From NCBI GenBank assembly GCA_043810165.1, contig JBDROJ010000023.1, positions 4,675-68,674 on the forward strand: DNA of 64,000 bases, given 5' to 3'. The notes under the pieces were generated by a model that was given only the letters and a program-made list of their open reading frames with translations, ran no database searches and was not told where the DNA came from. Position numbers and translations under genes: made by a program. Position 1 is the first letter of the stretch. Each line of letters opens with the position of its first letter. Source of the stretch: a bacterium (GTDB lineage: Bacteria > Patescibacteriota > Patescibacteriia > Magasanikbacterales > GWA2-37-8). Shown here in pieces: positions 57,586 through 64,000 of this stretch.

Positions 57586-58365
57586 ATGCAAGATCTTAAT
57601 CATTTTCAACCTTACACTCAAACCAGGAAAATGCCTGTGTTTCTCTATATGATATTAATAGTGGTTTTAGGTATTTTAGTGGCTGGCGGAGTAGAGTATT
57701 TTTCTCAATTAAAGAAAGTGGATAATTTGAACGCCCAAGTGGCAGAAATGGACAAAACCATTCAGAATTTGAAAAAAACCGATGTCCAAATTGTAAATCA
57801 GGTTAATCAAATTGCCAATAGTCAAGTAGAGAAAAAGCCAACTAATACTAATAAGCCCATAATAGAAGATCCATTTAAGGATTTTCCGATTGTAAAACAA
57901 GATTTTACCATGCCGTCTGCTGAAGATTTTTTTTCCAGTTATGGCACGGTTGATGTAATAGGCTATTTATTGGTGGAGAGGCGAATATGCAAGCCAGGCG
58001 ATATGTGTGGTAAAGCAATAGATCACGCTTCTTTGGTGCTTACAGAAAATCCTAGTAGTACGGATTTTATTGCTTTTATAGCCATGGATAAAAAAGACAA
58101 AACATCTGTTATAGGTGAAAAAATTGGATTGGGTTGTTATGAAAAAGATGATAATAGGATTTTTTCATATAATTTTGGGACAAGCACTGCAAGTACAAGT
58201 ACTGATGGTTCGGTAGAGAATATTATTCAAGGAGTTAGTTTTATTAAATTAATTAATAGCAGTGAGGAACAGCCAGTTAAATTAAGAATAACCAAGCCTA
58301 AGCCAGCCTTGGGCAGAGTTGCGCCTGATTGTTATTCATTTTTTAGATATTTTAAGATCTATTAG
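57586..58365 (+). CDS. Membrane-anchored extracellular protein
   Basis: N-terminal TM, coiled coil, C-terminal domain with 4 Cys. Confidence 0.8.
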   Translation: MQDLNHFQPYTQTRKMPVFLYMILIVVLGILVAGGVEYFSQLKKVDNLNAQVAEMDKTIQNLKKTDVQIVNQVNQIANSQVEKKPTNTNKPIIEDPFKDFPIVKQDFTMPSAEDFFSSYGTVDVIGYLLVERRICKPGDMCGKAIDHASLVLTENPSSTDFIAFIAMDKKDKTSVIGEKIGLGCYEKDDNRIFSYNFGTSTASTSTDGSVENIIQGVSFIKLINSSEEQPVKLRITKPKPALGRVAPDCYSFFRYFKIY

Positions 58366-58507
58366 ATAGTTCAAGTAATTTAAGAATCATCTTTGTATAG
58401 AGGTGGTTTTTTAATTTTGATAAAGAGCATTGATTTATTAGTATAAGTATGCTTAAATTAATGAGGATAGTTTTCAACCACTATTGTGTATACAAGGAGG
58501 GCTGACA

Positions 58508-58975
58508 ATGTTGAGGGCAGATATTGCTGTTGGTTGGCTGTTGGAAAATTTGGGCAAGCTAAAGGACCTACCAGATCCGGTAACAGCCTATCGGCATCAA
58601 GGGAGCGTGATCTGGGTCAAGCCGGCCGAGCATGCGGCATGGGTCGTTTGTTTGGATACCAAATACAGACGATGGCAGATCAGGGGCATATCCCAAGGAA
58701 ACGGAGGATCTGTTCCGTTGGAGGTGAAAGGATTCATCAAGATTCTCTGTCGGAGGCAGGATCGTATCGCAGAGCAGATACAACTTCGGGCTGGGCAAAA
58801 AGGCAGATTGGTTTGGCAAGAGCGAGCTGAAGATGGACAGATCGTAAAAAAGTGTGGAAGTACGACTTTTGAGGTGGTGGCCACGGTCGATTCTAATCCG
58901 GACCATCCATATCAGATCTTGTTTCCGGATGGTATCAAGGCCTGGGTCAACCAGGCGCAGGTAGTGCCTGCCTGA
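58508..58975 (+). CDS. Orphan protein (SD-led, GC-richer)
   Basis: AAGGAGG SD before ATG at 58508; followed by a long hairpin at 59016-59078. Confidence 0.65.
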   Translation: MLRADIAVGWLLENLGKLKDLPDPVTAYRHQGSVIWVKPAEHAAWVVCLDTKYRRWQIRGISQGNGGSVPLEVKGFIKILCRRQDRIAEQIQLRAGQKGRLVWQERAEDGQIVKKCGSTTFEVVATVDSNPDHPYQILFPDGIKAWVNQAQVVPA

Positions 58976-59084
58976 TATCTAAAACCATAACAAGTAGAAC
59001 AAGTGGCGAGCCAGTAGCTTCAGCTCTCCACTTCTGATGGTTGTTAAGAATAGCAATCACCAGAAGAGAGCTGAAGTTGTAATT

Positions 59085-59115
59085 AAAAAATACCGATTAT
59101 GTCGGTATTTTTTTT
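59085..59115 (+). terminator. Intrinsic terminator
   Basis: AAAAAATACCGA-TTATG-TCGGTATTTTTTT. Confidence 0.8.
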
Positions 59116-59284
59116 GTTTATCAACTCTAATGATAGTATAGATAAAATTTTTTAACTAAGATAATCATTCTTGCTTGTAAACAGGCTAGGAATTGGATGA
59201 TCTCCAGGGGATGGACACCTACCCACTGGCAGGTGTCACAGACTTATTAATTGTACAACCTTGATTTTATTAAATATATAACGA

Positions 59285-61990
59285 CTAAAATTGTATAGTA
59301 CCTATAGTTTCTAGCATCTGTACTCCGTTTCCAGAGTTATCAAGTTCCTCAATTATTGTAGTCTCTACAGGATCTTCAAAAGTTAAAGCTTCAAAAACCC
59401 CTTTTAATATATTCATCACACCCGGGTCAGTGTCAACCCAAGATGTATTTTTAAGAGCTATATCGGCTAAATTTGTGTAATCTAATTTTTTACCATATAA
59501 ATCAGAAACCACATTGCGTGAATGACTGACATAGTTTGTTTTACCAGGATAAATACCACATAAGTGAGGAGCGCCCAATTTGATAGATAATACCTTCCCG
59601 CTATCATCTAAACTAACCATGGTGTCAAAAGTTTTGTAATATCTTAAATTTGCATATTGATTATTATCAGTTAGTACTGCTGGCAAATCACCTACACCCC
59701 AAATATTTATCCTATTCAAACTACTTGGATCACCATAATTATCACCTAACCCAAGAGTAAATAATCCATTCACGGCAGAGCCCTGCACCGTTCCTTTGAC
59801 CGGAGTACTTCCACCAGAACAGGCATTAATATTTACCGAACCTGAACCCGGAGTTAGGCTACTATGTATTGTGGCTGGATCAATCCTCTTATCAAAAGTT
59901 ATATAAATTTTTTCTTCTTGAGTTAATCTATATCGTCCAGTCAAACTGAAGCCACCTTCTTTAAAATAGACGATACTTTTAACTTTTGGTTGAACATTAT
60001 AATATGAACCCAAGCTAGTACCAGCATTGAATTTCAAAATCACACCATCTAATGGTCTGTTGTTTAATGTATCGGTAACTTCATTCTCTAACCAACTAAT
60101 ATCTATCTTTGTATCGGAATCTTGCCAAACAAATCCATTGTCACTTCCAAAACCAGCGTAATCTATGCTAGCCAACATATTACTGCTAAAATTATTAAAA
60201 CCAACATCTGCATAAACATAGAAATACGCGGTTTTTCCTTCATCAAGTAAATTTAGACCGTTCTCGGTAGTAAAATAACATCTCCACTTGTGTTGTTGAG
60301 TAGTAACATAACCTAGGCTAGAACAATCACTTGATGGAGCCGGTGTATAAGTAGTGGGAGAAACTAATTTTAAGTTGTCTATAATAGCACCACCCAGATC
60401 AAAGCTAATATCAATGTATTTTAAAGTTAGATTATTATTAGCTACATCTTCAGAATTGTTTTGCGCTTGAATTTTGAAACTAAACAATTCAATATTCTCT
60501 CCACCGTTTAGGTTTTCTGCATTTATTTTTAAATTACCACCCCAGTTACTTGAGTACCAATTTGATTTATTAACCAAACTAAGTTTGGGTTTGGTATCAA
60601 CTACCTGAATTTTTGTTTTTATGGCTAAAGTATCCACAGTTGGTTTTTTACCTGTGCTGGCTCCTTTGGCAGTTAAACTAGCTAATTTTAATTCAAGTTT
60701 ACGACCAACCGGAGAAGTAGAATGGGTAGGTAGATTTAGATCTGTACCAATTTTTGTTTTTAAAGTTATAATAACTGTTTCACCTTGCGGTATTTTAATT
60801 ATATAATTGTTATCTGACCAAGTAGCTTCAGCATACAACAACGCTTCTTTGAATGTAGATTTACCAGCTGTTTTGTTGTCACTTAAAAGTTCAACTGATT
60901 TAATTAATGAGTTTCCCACACTATAATGTATACCACCTTGCATTTCACTATCTAAATAGGTTGCTTGAAATTTGAGATCGGTAATATATATGTCTTCTCG
61001 TTCCGAAGCGGTGGCTTTGAAGACCAAGACATCTCGTTCAGAACCTGTCAAAACTTGTTTATCATATGTTTTTATATAATCTAATTTTAAGTCTAAAGTG
61101 GTAGGAATTTGTTGGGTTGTATTAGGGTCGGTAGTTGGCTCTGAATTTGTTTCGTCTAGTTCTGCTTCTTCTTCAGCAACAGATGGGATATTCGGAGCAT
61201 TATCAATCTGCTCCATTTCTACCTCTATAGATAATTGAGCGTATTCAATTAATTCTTGGGATTGCCTCTTTACTTCTTCCTCTAATATCTTCATATTTTT
61301 AATCATTTCCATTTCCATTTCATGTACATACACCTCTTTTAGTCCGTTCTCTTTAAAACCTTCTTCAGTAATTTCGCTAAGAGTTTTATCTGAATTCACT
61401 ACATACTTTTTTTCCTTTACTTCTACCACCATTCCTGGATGTGGGTCTGGATTTTTGCCTGTAATCTCCGGAGCTGTATTATAGTAATTCAACATAGATG
61501 GTAATGAAATCTCACGTAAGGGAAAATTCTTTCCATACAAATTTTCAGCTGCTTCTTTGGTGATTAGTGCTTTGGTATTGTCGGGTAAAACTGCATAAAG
61601 TTCTTCACTTCCACGTGTTTTTATTATACCAGACCCAGCGCGACGATTTATATAAACTGGAAATTTATTGGCTACTTGAAAACTAGCCAAACAATCAGCT
61701 GTAACTAACTTAAAATGATTGTCATAATCATTATCTGTATGCCATGTTTTGAAATCATCGCCGTCTAAATATGGGCGTATCTTATTATCACTACCCACGT
61801 TCCAAATAGCTCGAGAATTCCAGTTATTTGATTTAATATTATCGCCTTTATTGACCGTGCTACACTCCACTGGTTTTTTTTGCGAGTCTTCTTCGGCCGA
61901 AGCGTTTGGTATATAACCAGTAGGTGAAAAACTTAATGAGGCAACAAGCGCAAAAATTGCGCAAAATCCTAGAATTATTTTTTTCTTCAT
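59285..61990 (-). CDS. Large secreted surface protein
   Basis: Signal peptide ending ASA; acidic/Thr-rich linker; beta-rich Ig-like repeats (VLVFKATA, ELFSFKIQA). Confidence 0.8.
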   Translation of the reverse strand: MKKKIILGFCAIFALVASLSFSPTGYIPNASAEEDSQKKPVECSTVNKGDNIKSNNWNSRAIWNVGSDNKIRPYLDGDDFKTWHTDNDYDNHFKLVTADCLASFQVANKFPVYINRRAGSGIIKTRGSEELYAVLPDNTKALITKEAAENLYGKNFPLREISLPSMLNYYNTAPEITGKNPDPHPGMVVEVKEKKYVVNSDKTLSEITEEGFKENGLKEVYVHEMEMEMIKNMKILEEEVKRQSQELIEYAQLSIEVEMEQIDNAPNIPSVAEEEAELDETNSEPTTDPNTTQQIPTTLDLKLDYIKTYDKQVLTGSERDVLVFKATASEREDIYITDLKFQATYLDSEMQGGIHYSVGNSLIKSVELLSDNKTAGKSTFKEALLYAEATWSDNNYIIKIPQGETVIITLKTKIGTDLNLPTHSTSPVGRKLELKLASLTAKGASTGKKPTVDTLAIKTKIQVVDTKPKLSLVNKSNWYSSNWGGNLKINAENLNGGENIELFSFKIQAQNNSEDVANNNLTLKYIDISFDLGGAIIDNLKLVSPTTYTPAPSSDCSSLGYVTTQQHKWRCYFTTENGLNLLDEGKTAYFYVYADVGFNNFSSNMLASIDYAGFGSDNGFVWQDSDTKIDISWLENEVTDTLNNRPLDGVILKFNAGTSLGSYYNVQPKVKSIVYFKEGGFSLTGRYRLTQEEKIYITFDKRIDPATIHSSLTPGSGSVNINACSGGSTPVKGTVQGSAVNGLFTLGLGDNYGDPSSLNRINIWGVGDLPAVLTDNNQYANLRYYKTFDTMVSLDDSGKVLSIKLGAPHLCGIYPGKTNYVSHSRNVVSDLYGKKLDYTNLADIALKNTSWVDTDPGVMNILKGVFEALTFEDPVETTIIEELDNSGNGVQMLETIGTIQF

Positions 61991-62030
61991 ATGATTGTTT
62001 TATACCCTAAAAATAGATTAGGGTGTTTAA

Positions 62031-62191
62031 GGCACTGTCGCCAAATACCATTTTGACTAAAAATTACATATTTCGGCCATAATTTCTGAAAAATTTTTTA
62101 GCTTAGCTAAGGCTAAACCGTAAAATTTGTTCAAAAATTCTGGCTCAAAATCTAAAATTTTTATTTCAAAAACGTATTTGGCGACAGTGCC
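62031..62191. mobile_element. 161-bp MITE flanked by TTAA
   Basis: 18-bp perfect TIR GGCACTGTCGCCAAATAC / GTATTTGGCGACAGTGCC; TTAA on both sides; self-complementary interior. Confidence 0.8.
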
Positions 62192-62319
62192 TTAATTATT
62201 ATTCTATTATTGTATCACGGAACTGTACAAAGGTAAAATTACAAAACAAAGAGATTGTGGTTTATGAATGTGATTTCGGAAACAAAAATAGATTTGTTTT
62301 AATACAACAAATACCAAGT

Positions 62320-62450
62320 TCATAAACTTGGTATTTGCGTCAATTTAATATATTTATCAATTCCAATTTTTTCGATAAAGTATCTATCATGAGATACAAT
62401 TATTATGGGAATGGGCTGTGATAAAATAGACTTTTCCAATTCTTCTCGAG
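62320..62450 (-). pseudogene. C-terminal relic of an ABC-F ATPase
   Basis: Hand-translated REELEKSILSQPIPIIIVSHDRYFIEKIG (H-loop SHDRYF); no upstream body. Confidence 0.7.
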
Positions 62451-62587
62451 TACAGCCGATGTTAAATTTTATATGTTATCTTATTCTGTAATAGTTAAGT
62501 CGTTTATAGTTAATGTTGGTACTAATATATGTAGTAAATATTATATCCGATCAGTTTTCAATGGCAAGGGTAGTTTATTCACCATTG

Positions 62588-63655
62588 TTATTTAAAATAA
62601 TTCGCAACCGCAAATTCAATCTGTTCGATAAATATTTTTTTAATATAAGTAATATTATTTTGTTCATAAAATAATAACATAGCTTTCTTATATTCTATAG
62701 CATCAACATTTCTATAAGATAGCATTGGACATTGATTGGCGTGTAGAATAGCATTAGCAATTATACGAGAAGTCCTTTTATTCCCATCTTCAAAAGGTTG
62801 AATATAGGCGATCATAATTAGAAAAACAAAAGCCTTAAGAAAATGATTATTAGTTTTATCTATTTTTTCTGTCAAACAATTAATAGCCTGTTCAATTTTA
62901 TCTTTTTTTGACAATGGCCTGTAAAGAGTCCCTGTAATTCCAACTGAACGATTGCGAAAGTCAGTTTTTATTTCAATTCCTTGAACTAGCGATGAATGAA
63001 TTTCTTTTATTTTACTAATATTAATCTTCTTATTAAAATGGTTAGGTCTTAACAGAATGTAGTCCAAAACTTTTTTATGATTCAATATCATTTGAGCTTC
63101 GGTCTTATTTTTACCTTTGGCAAAAGACATATCTTTAATAAGAAATTCTGTTTCCAATAAAGTATATGTATTGCCTTCTATTTCTGAAGATTTCCATGAC
63201 AAATCAATAACAAGACGCTCCCATTCTTTCTTGAAAATAGTCGAACTTTCTTTTTTTAAAGAATTCACAGTTTTATTATATTTAACTTCAGCTTTTTTGA
63301 GTCTCTCATATTCTTCTTTTGAAAAAACATCCTCTGACAATTGGTTAATTATATCCCTGTCAAAAAAAGGTTTTGCATTTCTTTCACCATGATGAATTGA
63401 AAAATATGTATTCACATCATATTCTTTAATAAGTAAATATTTTTTTGATATTTGATAAGAGACACCACGTCCTTTCCCTTCTTTAGTTAATATTAATTTT
63501 TTAGTTAATAGAGACAAATCTCGAACAATGGTCAATCTTTCAACATCAAATTTGTCTTTTAGATATGCTAAAATATCCTTGGTTTGAAAGGATTTTGTTT
63601 GTTCTGCAAATTTTATTATTTTCTTTTGCCTATTATTTAATTTATCAATATCCAT
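62588..63655 (-). CDS. Fic family protein with N-terminal winged HTH
   Basis: TIVRDLSLL HTH, SSEIEGNT, QPFEDGNKRTSR. Confidence 0.9.
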   Translation of the reverse strand: MDIDKLNNRQKKIIKFAEQTKSFQTKDILAYLKDKFDVERLTIVRDLSLLTKKLILTKEGKGRGVSYQISKKYLLIKEYDVNTYFSIHHGERNAKPFFDRDIINQLSEDVFSKEEYERLKKAEVKYNKTVNSLKKESSTIFKKEWERLVIDLSWKSSEIEGNTYTLLETEFLIKDMSFAKGKNKTEAQMILNHKKVLDYILLRPNHFNKKINISKIKEIHSSLVQGIEIKTDFRNRSVGITGTLYRPLSKKDKIEQAINCLTEKIDKTNNHFLKAFVFLIMIAYIQPFEDGNKRTSRIIANAILHANQCPMLSYRNVDAIEYKKAMLLFYEQNNITYIKKIFIEQIEFAVANYFK

Positions 63656-63656
63656 A

Positions 63657-63746
63657 TAATTGTATCATATTTGTATTTAATTATGCCGTAATTGTATCAT
63701 ATTCGCAACAAAAAAGCAAGTAATTTGCAATGAAATGATACAATTA
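63657..63746. promoter_or_regulatory. Putative operator repeats upstream of fic
   Basis: TAATTGTATCATATT at 63657 and 63689; inverted ATGATACAATTA at 63735. Confidence 0.65.
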
Positions 63747-64000
63747 ACCTGTTGTTTTAGAAGTTTTTAGTTAACCTTAGCCAAGTAGCTCCCCAGATGG
63801 AACGAATTTCGAGCTGTTTTGGCTAATTTTAGGCAAGAATTTTTTCAAATTCAATCCACCTAATAATTAACCCAATAACATTAGTTTTCTAAATCTTGAT
63901 AAACAAAATCTTTTATTTTTCCAGAATAAAATTATTTTTTATTCTTTTTTGATGGAGTCCTTTTTGTGACTTTTTTCTCCGCTGCTTTAATTGCCTGCAA

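Noticed and set aside
63866-64000. 3' end of a minus-strand gene at the window edge
   Set aside because: Frame is ambiguous and no motif is recognisable

Overview
AT-rich bacterial chromosome segment, most likely from a Patescibacteria/CPR genome (ABY1/Magasanikbacteria-like). That is my inference from gene content, SD-less core genes, rpoBC detached from the ribosomal protein genes and tRNAs lacking an encoded CCA. The genetic code is 11. Core content: 5' end of probable ftsK, three tRNAs, rpoB-rpoC, yebC-ruvC-trmH, rpiB-rpe-trxB-pfkB, type-2 ileS, nif3, ruvA, a pyrB-pyrI-pyrC-argF-pyrD-pyrK-pyrE-pyrF operon without carAB, argG-argH, gatB, a dTTP cluster (pyk-like, dCMP deaminase, NMP kinase, dut, thyA, folA, tmk), rplA and glnA. 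Accessory content: a cassette array downstream of tRNA-Gly punctuated by repeated tRNA-3'-end-like junctions, an AbiEii TA pair, an IS3 relic, a MITE, a Fic gene, and many SD-led orphan microproteins with long UTR hairpins. The most striking signal is regulatory. Three leader-peptide attenuators have complete 1:2/2:3/3:4 pairings (Ile/Val, Phe/aromatic, Arg), and a simpler uORF-plus-terminator leader precedes pyrB. The Arg attenuator precedes argGH. The Ile/Val and Phe attenuators at 640-2325 are divergent and built alike (DnaA box, promoter, leader peptide, terminator, boxA-like motif, 17-bp stem, SD), and they lead into GC-rich orphan ORFs of about 55 aa rather than biosynthetic genes. Five promoters carry a DnaA box 5-8 bp upstream of the -35 element. 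All product calls come from motif recognition by eye; no database searches were run.
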